The position numbers and the translations under genes were made by a program. 64,000 nt of DNA, taken from assembly GCA_049296695.1 (NCBI GenBank), contig JBAQSX010000061.1, positions 1 through 64,000 on the forward strand. The letters are read 5' to 3'. A model generated the notes under the pieces. It was not told the DNA's origin, did no database searches, and saw nothing but the letters and a program-made list of their open reading frames with translations. This stretch comes from Methylococcaceae bacterium. Lineage in GTDB: Bacteria; Pseudomonadota; Gammaproteobacteria; Methylococcales; Methylomonadaceae. Positions 43,371 through 52,960 of the stretch are shown in pieces; the first letter of the stretch is position 1; each line of letters begins with the position of its first letter.

Positions 43371-44999
43371 TTAGAAATGTTCAGTTGGAATGGTTTCTGG
43401 TGGTGTGGTAAAGCTGTGATAAGGCGGTGGAGAAGATAATGTCCATTCTAAGCTGTGTTTGCTTGCATCTTCCCAAACTTCATCAGTGACTTTTTCGCCA
43501 GTGCCACCTTTGATGGTGTCAATAACGATATACAGGAATAATAATTGGCTTAAACCAAAGATAAAGCCACCAATACTTGAAATCATGTTCCAATCAGCAA
43601 ACTGTACTGCATAGTCAGGAATACGACGTGGCATACCCGCTAAACCTAAGAAATGCTGTGGGAAGAACAAAATGTTCACCGAAATGGCTGACAACCAAAA
43701 ATGCAGTTGTCCGATTTTTTCGTTGTACATGTGACCTGTCCATTTAGGCAACCAAAAATAGCCAGCCGCCATCAAAATGAATACTGACGCAGGTACTAAG
43801 GTGTAATGGAAATGGGCAACGATGAAATAAGTATCGTGGTATTGGAAATCGGTTGGTGCGACTGACATCATCAAGCCTGTAAAACCACCCATGGTAAATA
43901 ACACCACGAAAGCGATAGAAAACAGCATGGGCGTTTCAAAAGTCATTGAGCCTTTCCACATGGTCGCCGTCCAGTTAAAGACTTTAACACCTGTAGGAAT
44001 CGCAATTAACATGGTGGCATACATAAAGTACAACTCACCCGCAATTGGCATACCCACAGTGAACATGTGATGCGCCCAGACGATAAATGATAAGAATGCA
44101 ATAGACGCTGTTGCATAAACCATTGAGCTGTAACCAAATAAGGCTTTACGCGCAAATACGGGAATAATAGTTGAAGCCACACCGAAAGTTGGCAAAATCA
44201 TGATGTACACTTCTGGGTGTCCGAAGAACCAGAAAATGTGTTGATACAATACAGGATCACCACCACCAGCGGCATTAAAGAAGCTAGTGCCGAAGAATTT
44301 ATCGGTAAGTAACATTGTTACCGCGCCAGCAAATACAGGCATTACTGCGATTAATAAGAAAGCAGTAATTAACCATGTCCAAACAAACAATGGCATTTTC
44401 ATGAGTGTCATTGCAGGTGCGCGCATGTTAAAAATGGTGGCGATAATGTTAATCGCACCCATAATTGACGATACACCCAATAAATGCACAGAAAATACCG
44501 CGAATGGCAGAGCTTTACCTGTTTGTAAAACTAAAGGTGGATACAAAGTCCAACCGCCAGCAGGCGCACCGCCTTCCATAAATAAAGTGCTAGCCAGCAA
44601 TAATACGCCAGCGACTAATAACCAAAAACTCATGTTATTCATGCGTGGCAAAGCCATATCAGGCGCGCCTATCATCATCGGAATTTGCCAGTTAGCAAGC
44701 CCTACGAAAGCGGGCATAACCGCACCAAATACCATCACTAAAGCGTGCATAGTGGTCATAGAATTAAAGAACTGCGGTTGCACAAACTGCATCCCCGGTT
44801 CAAATAATTCAGCGCGAATGACCATTGCCATTGCACCACCGACAAAAAACATAGCCAATGCAAACACTAAGTACATAGTACCAATGTCTTTATGATTGGT
44901 GGTGATTAACCAACGAATCGGTCCTTTGATAGGCCCGTGATCGTGGTCATCGTGATGATCGGTGTGATGATCATCATGTTCAGCTATAACAGCAGACAT
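43371..44999 (-). CDS. coxA: Cytochrome c oxidase subunit I
   Basis: 542 aa; 12 TM, heme/Cu ligating histidines, canonical CoxI. Confidence 0.95.
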   Translation of the reverse strand: MSAVIAEHDDHHTDHHDDHDHGPIKGPIRWLITTNHKDIGTMYLVFALAMFFVGGAMAMVIRAELFEPGMQFVQPQFFNSMTTMHALVMVFGAVMPAFVGLANWQIPMMIGAPDMALPRMNNMSFWLLVAGVLLLASTLFMEGGAPAGGWTLYPPLVLQTGKALPFAVFSVHLLGVSSIMGAINIIATIFNMRAPAMTLMKMPLFVWTWLITAFLLIAVMPVFAGAVTMLLTDKFFGTSFFNAAGGGDPVLYQHIFWFFGHPEVYIMILPTFGVASTIIPVFARKALFGYSSMVYATASIAFLSFIVWAHHMFTVGMPIAGELYFMYATMLIAIPTGVKVFNWTATMWKGSMTFETPMLFSIAFVVLFTMGGFTGLMMSVAPTDFQYHDTYFIVAHFHYTLVPASVFILMAAGYFWLPKWTGHMYNEKIGQLHFWLSAISVNILFFPQHFLGLAGMPRRIPDYAVQFADWNMISSIGGFIFGLSQLLFLYIVIDTIKGGTGEKVTDEVWEDASKHSLEWTLSSPPPYHSFTTPPETIPTEHF

Positions 45000-45055
45000 A
45001 CTTTAATACCTCAAGAAATTATTAATAAAGGGTGAATAGATGAACCTTGGCAGAT

Positions 45056-46624
45056 TTATTTACCTGCTTGCAAGCTTTGAACAGCTGAGGCTTGCAAAAC
45101 GTCACCTACTGAATTACCTAAAGCATTGCGTGTGTAAGTGATGACAGCCGCCACTTCAGTAGCACTTAAGCTATTGAAAGCAGGCATCATACCTTTACCA
45201 CCTAAAACCAATTTAGCTTGCGCGTTAATGTCACCTTTGACTACAGCACTGTCAGTTAATGCTGGGAACATCGGTGGTGTACCCGCACCATTTTCTTGAT
45301 GGCAAGAACCACAGTTTTTAGCATAAACCTCTTTACCTTTAGCAACTAATTCATCTTTAGATAAATCAACGGCTTTTTCTTCGGTTTTTGCAGGTGCTGT
45401 TTCAGTTTTTGCAGGTGCTTGAGTACCTAACAACCCTTTGATAGTTTTAGGTTGAATTTCATCACCCACTTTATTACCTAAAGCGTTGCGGGTATAAGTA
45501 ATCACTTGCGCTAATTCAGCCGCATTTAATGATTTACCAAATGCTGGCATTGCCGCTTTACCGTTAATAATTAAATCAGTTTGTGCATTGATGTCACCTG
45601 TAACCACTTTGCTAGCGGTTAAGGCAGGGAAAGCACCCGCTAGACCTGAGCCATCTTCTTGGTGACAAGTTGAACAGCTTTTCGCATAAACAGCAGAGCC
45701 TTTAGCGACTAATTCGTCATGGCTTTGTTCATCTGGAATATCATTTTCAAGTGCTATTTGTGCATCTAAAGTCTTTTTTGCCCACGCATCATAATCGGCT
45801 TGTTCCATAGCAATCACGACGATAGGCATAAAGGCATGGTCTTTACCGCATAATTCAGTACATTGACCACGGAATACACCGGGTTCGGCAATTGAAGTTG
45901 TCGCTTCATTAACAAAACCGGGGTTAGCATCTTTTTTCCAACCCATTGCAGGTACCCACCATGAGTGAATTACGTCATGGGCAGTAAATACAAAACGAAT
46001 TTTCTTTTTAGTAGGAATGACTAATGGTTTATCAACATTTAATAAATAATGTGGAACTGAACGAGGGTCTATTCCTGAATTGGGTTGACGCGCTCTGTTG
46101 CTCGCATCATCTAAATAACTAAAGAAATGAATACCGTTTTCGGGATATTCATATTCCCATTTCCATTGATGCCCGACAACTTTAATCGTCATATCAGACT
46201 TCTCTACATCATGCAAATCAATTAATACTTTAGTCGCAGGAATTGCCATACCCACTAAAATTAAAGTAGGAATAATCGTCCAGATAATTTCAACCGTGGT
46301 ATTTTCATGAAATTTTGCAGCTTGATAGCCTTTCGATTTACGGTGGTGATAAATCGAATAAAACATCGTGCCAAATACGGCAATGCCAATAAAGACGCAA
46401 ATCCATAAAATTAACATGTGCAAATCATAAATTTCATGACTGACAGGCGTATTTCCTTGCATTAAATTGAGCGCGTAGTTTTGTGTAGCAGGCTCAGCGG
46501 GAAAATTTTTCGGTAGACAAACATCACCTACCATGTGTTTGGAAAGACATTCTTCAGCTTGCGCTGCCCCTAGACCTAAAGTCATCAAGGTCAAGCCAGC
46601 GAATAGTTGCTTGGTTTTCTTCAC
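45056..46624 (-). CDS. coxB: Cytochrome c oxidase subunit II fused to two C-terminal c-type cytochrome domains (caa3-type)
   Basis: 522 aa; CuA site (HDVIHSWWVP...CTELCGKDHAFM), two CxxCH motifs (CSTCH, CGSCH). Confidence 0.9.
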   Translation of the reverse strand: MKKTKQLFAGLTLMTLGLGAAQAEECLSKHMVGDVCLPKNFPAEPATQNYALNLMQGNTPVSHEIYDLHMLILWICVFIGIAVFGTMFYSIYHHRKSKGYQAAKFHENTTVEIIWTIIPTLILVGMAIPATKVLIDLHDVEKSDMTIKVVGHQWKWEYEYPENGIHFFSYLDDASNRARQPNSGIDPRSVPHYLLNVDKPLVIPTKKKIRFVFTAHDVIHSWWVPAMGWKKDANPGFVNEATTSIAEPGVFRGQCTELCGKDHAFMPIVVIAMEQADYDAWAKKTLDAQIALENDIPDEQSHDELVAKGSAVYAKSCSTCHQEDGSGLAGAFPALTASKVVTGDINAQTDLIINGKAAMPAFGKSLNAAELAQVITYTRNALGNKVGDEIQPKTIKGLLGTQAPAKTETAPAKTEEKAVDLSKDELVAKGKEVYAKNCGSCHQENGAGTPPMFPALTDSAVVKGDINAQAKLVLGGKGMMPAFNSLSATEVAAVITYTRNALGNSVGDVLQASAVQSLQAGK

Positions 46625-46783
46625 GGAGTAGCCCCCTCGTTAGTAGTTATAAATCTTATTTGTGTCATATTGCCTTGGTAAATTGTGCCTGCTAGCACAT
46701 CCCTTTTACCTAATAATTATCACAACTTAAAGTATGGAATTTTAACCTATGATGTCTCTCTATGCCAGTTGTCCTTTTTGGGG

Positions 46784-46822
46784 CAAAAAAAAAGGCTTGT
46801 AAAATACAAGCCTTTTTTTTTA
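46784..46822. terminator. Rho-independent terminator downstream of hemerythrin gene
   Basis: caaaaaaaaaggcttgtaaaatacaagccttttttttt. Confidence 0.75.
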
Positions 46823-46838
46823 AATCAAATTGTCTATA

Positions 46839-47237
46839 TTAACTATTTAATGCTTCAGCATAAGCCATATCAAATGTTGGGATATGACTATCCAACCAAC
46901 CTTTTACTAATTGACCCACTTCTTCAGTGACTTCGGCTTCACCTGCATGGAATTTACTTTGCAAATCAGCGCAAATTCCAACTAATGCCACATGTTCTGC
47001 TTTGTGTCTATCATAACCCGCAAAATTTTTGGCAATCATTTCTTTTTCTTCATGCGCGAAATGATCAACTACATAAGCGATTAAATCATCTAATTGCACG
47101 CCTATTGCTGAACGTTCCGCACCACCTGTTGCTAAATCATACAATGTATTCAACTTATCGAATAAAATTTTATGCTCATCATCAGCAAATGCTACATTAG
47201 TGCCATATTGGCTTGCTGTCCAAGTGATTAGTGCCAT
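46839..47237 (-). CDS. Bacteriohemerythrin
   Basis: 132 aa; W..Y.VG...DDEHK.LF...N.L ... HF..EE ... HK.EH ... D..I iron-ligand pattern of hemerythrin. Confidence 0.9.
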   Translation of the reverse strand: MALITWTASQYGTNVAFADDEHKILFDKLNTLYDLATGGAERSAIGVQLDDLIAYVVDHFAHEEKEMIAKNFAGYDRHKAEHVALVGICADLQSKFHAGEAEVTEEVGQLVKGWLDSHIPTFDMAYAEALNS

Positions 47238-48173
47238 GTCTTACTCCTCATTATTATTGTTTAATTATAACCGCACTAAAATTATGGATTGTATTGACTA
47301 CCAAGTCAATCACCGTTTAGTAAGCAAACGTTCAGCTACACTAATAATCAGCACATGGTTACGAATTCCAGAGATAAAGTAATCTTTAGCTATCTGTATC
47401 TAAACGCTTTACGGCAAGCAAATTATTCAAAGAAAAACCTAAAAAGTCTTATATCCGCTCAGCGTCCGCAAAAACATTGCAAATTCTCAATGCACCTTCC
47501 TAAATATAAGAAGTGTGTTGATTTTAAATATAAATTGATTTTGTCAAGTTGTTTATTTTATAAAAACATAGCTTTTCAAATACTATACGGAATACTTTAT
47601 CTATAACTTACTATGTTTTTTGATACACCCGACTGAAAAATTAGCTTCATCTTTAAGTTAAAAGAATTACTTAACCCTATTAATGCACCGATAGTTGTAC
47701 AAACACGCCTCTTGTCCAGAAATACTGTATAACTACCGTAATGATAATCCATTTTTTAAACTATAACTTTTAAGTGATAAAATCTATCCGACTAAAATTA
47801 AAGATTTTAAGCTTTTATAGGGAACTAAAAATAGCCTAGGACTTTAAAATAACCCTCATGCCCCCATTGTCTAGCACAATTTTAATAAAACCCCATCTCA
47901 TTAAGCCTTACTTAAAGTTGGCAGTGTAGCATTTTATGAGCAATATTTAAGTACGCCATGACTTAACTCATAAAATACGTCATTTTAATTTGTAGTTATT
48001 AGCATTCTACAAATAAAAACTAGAAAAAATGTTGCCTTGCAATGTCTTTGCTAGTATTTTGTTGCACTCTTATTTTTTAATAGTACATTACCGTAAAAGC
48101 AATAATAACTATATAAGACTAAGAGTAATTCGTCTTTACATAAATCATTTTTAATACCATTATAGGAACAATC

Positions 48174-50696
48174 ATGAGTACCGCAAAAGAAGAACGCCTG
48201 ATTTTAGCGTTCAAATTACATTCAAAAGTCAATCCCGACCAAGGTAATTTAAGACCTGTCGCCGAAATTATTGACAATAAACTAATAGAATTAAACCCCA
48301 TTAATTTTTGTCATACCAATAAAATTTTTGTCACCGTTGGCTATCAAAATGTTAATGAAAAATTCAAAGAAGGACAATTATTTAGAATACCCGTCAACGT
48401 TGCCGAATATATTAGTACCAATGTAGACCCCTATGCCGCGTCTAAATATGTCACCCAAGGTATTAAAGCAGAACGTTTAAAACCCAATGAATTAGTTGAA
48501 ATAATAGAAGCTGAATTACCTGATAGTAATCATCGTTATGTTGAAATCGGTTATTATCCTAGCACTGAATATATTTTTATTCGCAACAGTGATAGGGATT
48601 GCTTTGGACCTTTTTCGTGGGAACGCAAAGAAGGTGAATCGGGTTTTTATTTATCACTACTCAATGATACCCCCTTATTACGCGCTTACAATATTAGTTT
48701 AGGACAAATATTTAAAATCGATAATGACAGTTTTGAAAACTATGTGTTTGATTGTCAAACCGTGGATAGATATTATCAATTAGTATTAAACATCCATGAT
48801 TTTTTAGAAAACGCCCAGTATTATGAATATGCCTCTGATGAAGAAATTGTACGTTATTGCGCTAAATTAGCAGGCGAAATGGGAACAATGGTTTTTTCTA
48901 AAACCAGTTGGGATGGTTTTAGAAAACTCGCGGTTAATAACGCGCCCTTTGATCAAGGTTTAGGTCGAGAGCGTTTAGCGCGATTATCCAATCTCGCTTC
49001 TGATATTTTTGTAATACAAGAAGATATTCGTGACAATATTGAACGCTTTTTAAGAAGCAATAATGGCGAGCATTTAATTCAAGATTTTATTGAACGCAAA
49101 CGTCCGCAATTATTAGATGAACTGCGCCGCAGTGTCTTAAAAGAAAAAGACAAAGATTTAGAAGAAAAAGAAGATAAGGTTTATCAAATTGAACAGCGTC
49201 TTAAAGATAAAGACAAAGAATTAAAAGAACTCAGTGCCGAAGTTGAACGCAAACGCAAAGAAGCCAATCAAGAGGTTATTTTAGAACATGCCGTGGCGGG
49301 GCGTAATGAAACCGTACAACAATTAGAACAATTAATTGCTGATAAAGAAAAACAATTAACTGATATTAATGAACGCCTCAATTTAGTCTCAGAACTTGTC
49401 GATATTCATCAGAAAATCGAAGAAGGCAAAGTGATTTACAAGCATTATGAAAAAGAAAATGCCTTAATTGTCGAAACCACTAAAAAATTAAAATTAGAGC
49501 GCGATAAAACCGAAGATGAATTACGCACTAAGTTAATTGAATTAAAACCTTTTGTGGAATATATCAACGGTTCATACTTTAGTAATAACAGCGAAAAAAC
49601 AAAATCGGTTTTTGTTGAAATTAATAACCAAAATTACAACGATGTCTTAGAACAACAACGTTTAGTAGTTGAATCAGTTAAACATAATCTACGTTTAAAT
49701 GGGCGTTATTTTGAATCATGGCAAGTAGCGAATTTATTAATCTCCACCCAACAATCCTTTATTACCTTTTTAGCAGGATTACCCGGCGTTGGTAAAACCT
49801 CATTAGCGCGATTATTAACCCAATCACAAGGTTTAAAACCCCGTTTGCAAGAAGTATCAGTAGCGCGGGGTTGGACTTCACAAAAAGATTTAATTGGTTT
49901 TTATAATCCATTAGCGAATCGTTTTCAATCCGCCAATACAGGTTTATATAGTTTTATTGAAGCTTTAAGTGCTGAGAAAAAAGATGAACAGGCAATGGCT
50001 TATGTATTATTAGACGAGGCGAATTTAAGTCCAATTGAACATTATTGGTCAGCCTTTATGGCAATGGCAGACGGCGAAGGGGCAAGAGAATTACGCTTAG
50101 GACAAGATACTTTAACCGTGCCTTCAGTATTACGCTTTTTAGCCACCATTAATTATGACGGTACTACTGAGCCATTAAGTCCACGAGTAGTAGACCGCGC
50201 CCCAGTTATTATTATGGAAAGCTCTGGGGCATTATCAGATGATAATGAAGTTATTAATCAACAATTAATTAACTTGCCCTTATCAGCGGGTGAAATGACT
50301 AAATTATTTGGTTTGGCAAAACAAATACCTGCTTTTCAAAATGATGAGGCGGTTATCTTTAATAAATTACGGCAAATACTCGCTGACCCTAATTTAGAAA
50401 AAGGTCGTCCTTTGAGTATTAGCCAACGTAAAGAAATTGTGATTCGGCAATATTGCGCTCAAGCCAGTTCATTAATGCGCTCCTTTGGTTGTGATGATTT
50501 TAAAGCCTTAGATTTAGCGATTTTGCAACATGTATTACCTCAAGTGCGCGGCACAGGGCATAAATTCGCTAGCCGTTTAGTTGAATTAAAACAAAGTTGT
50601 GATAATGAAGGTTTAAAAGAATCGGCGGCTTATTTAGAAAGAATGCTCGCTTATGGTGAAACAGAATTACATTCTTATGATTTCTTTTGCTGGTAA
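48174..50696 (+). CDS. McrB-like AAA+ (AAA_5) GTPase subunit with ~500-aa N-terminal extension containing a long coiled coil (CoCoNuT CnuB-like)
   Basis: 840 aa; Walker A GLPGVGKTSLARLL (~aa 530), Walker B VLLDEANLSPIEHYW, sensor/Arg-finger region ATINYDGTTEPLSPRVVDRAPVI analogous to McrB TMNTADRS...RRRF; residues ~300-450 K/E-rich heptad coiled coil. Confidence 0.75.
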   Translation: MSTAKEERLILAFKLHSKVNPDQGNLRPVAEIIDNKLIELNPINFCHTNKIFVTVGYQNVNEKFKEGQLFRIPVNVAEYISTNVDPYAASKYVTQGIKAERLKPNELVEIIEAELPDSNHRYVEIGYYPSTEYIFIRNSDRDCFGPFSWERKEGESGFYLSLLNDTPLLRAYNISLGQIFKIDNDSFENYVFDCQTVDRYYQLVLNIHDFLENAQYYEYASDEEIVRYCAKLAGEMGTMVFSKTSWDGFRKLAVNNAPFDQGLGRERLARLSNLASDIFVIQEDIRDNIERFLRSNNGEHLIQDFIERKRPQLLDELRRSVLKEKDKDLEEKEDKVYQIEQRLKDKDKELKELSAEVERKRKEANQEVILEHAVAGRNETVQQLEQLIADKEKQLTDINERLNLVSELVDIHQKIEEGKVIYKHYEKENALIVETTKKLKLERDKTEDELRTKLIELKPFVEYINGSYFSNNSEKTKSVFVEINNQNYNDVLEQQRLVVESVKHNLRLNGRYFESWQVANLLISTQQSFITFLAGLPGVGKTSLARLLTQSQGLKPRLQEVSVARGWTSQKDLIGFYNPLANRFQSANTGLYSFIEALSAEKKDEQAMAYVLLDEANLSPIEHYWSAFMAMADGEGARELRLGQDTLTVPSVLRFLATINYDGTTEPLSPRVVDRAPVIIMESSGALSDDNEVINQQLINLPLSAGEMTKLFGLAKQIPAFQNDEAVIFNKLRQILADPNLEKGRPLSISQRKEIVIRQYCAQASSLMRSFGCDDFKALDLAILQHVLPQVRGTGHKFASRLVELKQSCDNEGLKESAAYLERMLAYGETELHSYDFFCW

Positions 50697-50702
50697 AAAC
50701 CC

Positions 50703-52409
50703 ATGAAAATAACCCTATTCATGGGCAATGAAACACGAGTTTTTAATAATCAGCATGAAATCTATAGTATTCATGCCGATGAAACCGTGTATTTTGAATT
50801 AAGCTTCGCATCGCCCAGTGATGATAGTCCTAGTTTATTTATTGAAGACCATGAATTAGTATTAACGGCTTATCATAAGGATAATGAAACTAAAGTATTT
50901 CGTTCTGAACCTAGCTGTATTTTTCATGAATTTTTTGGTTTAGTGATAGCGCGGCTTTATATTAATGAGCAGTGTATTGAATGTCGTTTTGATGTCAGTA
51001 TTAAAAAAAGCCAAGCGGTTCAAGTTGAACAAATGATTGGCTATTTAACGCAACAACAAGATGAAATTATGCGGATATGTTTAGCCACCACGCCTGTGAA
51101 TAATGCCGCGAATACTGACCCTGAAAAATTATTAACCACCGCTGAAACTTTTGTTAATACTTTAATGGCTTGTCGTTTAGAATTACAAAGCCATTTACGC
51201 AAACGTTTAATTCCTGTCAAACAAGCCGCGTGGAAATCTGAGCAACAAAGTGATATTGACCCCTTTGATATTATTTTTAATTTAGACGCATTAGAACCCG
51301 TATTAGGCGGCGGTGATGTCATTGTTAATGGGCGTAGTTTTACCATTAAAGATACCGAAATTACCAGCTTAACCGAAACCGCTAATGTCAGTGAAAATAC
51401 CATTTTATTAGGCGGCATTTATTCAATGCGGCGATTAATTAATCATTTATTACTAGCATTAAATCAAGCCGTTGCTAGCAATAAAAAAGAATTAGTTGTT
51501 GAAATAGAATATGAATCCTTAGCACAAGTTTTATTACGCGTCACTGCCTTTAAAATAAAACACCGCTCAGAGCAGTTATTATTAAGACTAGAAGAATTTA
51601 TCCGTTATTTTGAACATACTTTAAAAATTAATTATAACGGTGAACAACGTCCAATCATGACTCCTTTTGTGCGGGCTTCGCGGGTTTATCGGCGGTTATT
51701 TGAACAATTACACGACTGGTATTTATGCAATGAAGCCTCGCTGGAAAGTCGTAATTATTTAGCTAAATTACGCTCAGTTACCAAGCTTTATGAATTGGTG
51801 AGTTTATTTAAACTTATTGATTATTTGAATGCTAAAAATTGGCAAGTCACGCACACGCAATGGCTTTCTGAAACAGAATTTGTGCCGTCATTATTAGTAT
51901 TTGAGCGTGAGGATTTAAAATTAACCCTGCATTATGAAGCTAAAATATTTGCTTATGATGAAAATACTCGGCATTTAGATTTAGTCGATGTTAAGCATTC
52001 ACGTTTTAGTCATGACTATAATTATTGGTGTCCTGATTTTATTGTGCGTTTAGAGAATACTAAGAAAACCGCTTATTTTATTTTAGATGCTAAATATAGC
52101 TCAGCCGAAAGTATTAAACATCAGTATTTGCCGAGTTTATTAGAAAAGTATTTTATGAATATGGCAGTTTATGATGCTAATCGACAAGTATTAAGCCAAG
52201 AGCTTATTATGGGCATTATTGCTTTATTTCCAGATAAGGAATTGGCAAGCCCTGTATATATGTATAACTCGGCTAAATATGGGATTTATAAACAACCGTT
52301 AAAATTACCGATTATTACAGGTTTTCCGCTTACTTCGGTGTCGGATAAAATCACTTATCCATTATTAGATAGGTTATTTGAGATTATTGAAGGGCAATTA
52401 CATTTTTAA
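50703..52409 (+). CDS. McrC-like PD-(D/E)xK nuclease subunit with N-terminal extension
   Basis: 568 aa; starts 7 nt after the upstream McrB-like stop; C-terminal D...CPDFIV...ILDAKY motif equivalent to McrC PD...(D/E)xK. Confidence 0.7.
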   Translation: MKITLFMGNETRVFNNQHEIYSIHADETVYFELSFASPSDDSPSLFIEDHELVLTAYHKDNETKVFRSEPSCIFHEFFGLVIARLYINEQCIECRFDVSIKKSQAVQVEQMIGYLTQQQDEIMRICLATTPVNNAANTDPEKLLTTAETFVNTLMACRLELQSHLRKRLIPVKQAAWKSEQQSDIDPFDIIFNLDALEPVLGGGDVIVNGRSFTIKDTEITSLTETANVSENTILLGGIYSMRRLINHLLLALNQAVASNKKELVVEIEYESLAQVLLRVTAFKIKHRSEQLLLRLEEFIRYFEHTLKINYNGEQRPIMTPFVRASRVYRRLFEQLHDWYLCNEASLESRNYLAKLRSVTKLYELVSLFKLIDYLNAKNWQVTHTQWLSETEFVPSLLVFEREDLKLTLHYEAKIFAYDENTRHLDLVDVKHSRFSHDYNYWCPDFIVRLENTKKTAYFILDAKYSSAESIKHQYLPSLLEKYFMNMAVYDANRQVLSQELIMGIIALFPDKELASPVYMYNSAKYGIYKQPLKLPIITGFPLTSVSDKITYPLLDRLFEIIEGQLHF

Positions 52410-52411
52410 TT

Positions 52412-52440
52412 AATTGGGTTGTCAAATTGGCAACCCAATA
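52412..52440. terminator. Hairpin between convergent McrC-like and greA genes
   Basis: attgggttg tcaaattgg caacccaat. Confidence 0.4.
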
Positions 52441-52457
52441 TAATAGCTAAGTGCGTT

Positions 52458-52934
52458 TTAAATATATTGTACTGAAATAATTTCGTATTCAATATTACCG
52501 CTGGGGGCTTTTACGGTGACGACATCTTCAATTTCTTTACCAATTAAAGCACGAGCAATAGGTGAACCCACTGAAATACGTCCTGATTTAATATCCGCCT
52601 CATCTTCACCGACGATTTGATAAGTCACTGTTTCGCCGCTGTCGAGATTTTCTATTTCAACTGTCGCGCCAAATACTACTTTTCCATTTGCATCGACTTT
52701 GGTGACATCGATTATTTGCGCGTTGGATAATTTGCTTTCAATTTCATTAATGCGTCCTTCGGCAAAACTTTGTTGTTCTTTTGCCGCGTGATATTCAGCA
52801 TTTTCTTTTAAATCGCCGTGTTCTCTGGCAGTCGCTATTGCATTAACAATGCGTGGACGGACAACGTGTTTTAATTCATCTAATTCAGCGCGTAATTTTT
52901 CCGCGCCTTTTACGGTTAATGGAACTTTGACCAT
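52458..52934 (-). CDS. greA: Transcription elongation factor GreA
   Basis: 158 aa; canonical GreA N-terminal coiled coil and C-terminal FKBP-like domain. Confidence 0.95.
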   Translation of the reverse strand: MVKVPLTVKGAEKLRAELDELKHVVRPRIVNAIATAREHGDLKENAEYHAAKEQQSFAEGRINEIESKLSNAQIIDVTKVDANGKVVFGATVEIENLDSGETVTYQIVGEDEADIKSGRISVGSPIARALIGKEIEDVVTVKAPSGNIEYEIISVQYI

Positions 52935-52960
52935 TGTTTTATAACTCCAAGTATTGTTAT

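Noticed and set aside
44287-44895. 202-aa ORF antisense to coxA
   Set aside because: Antisense to cytochrome oxidase subunit I, which is unambiguous.
46685-47606. Short ORFs (60-83 aa) in the hemerythrin promoter region and AT-rich spacer
   Set aside because: AT-rich sequence generates stop-free stretches by chance; no RBS/codon-bias support. One (46985-47200) is antisense to the hemerythrin gene.
51041-51418. 125-aa ORF antisense within the McrC-like gene
   Set aside because: Overlaps the McrC-like coding frame on opposite strand; Cys/Ser-rich low-complexity translation.
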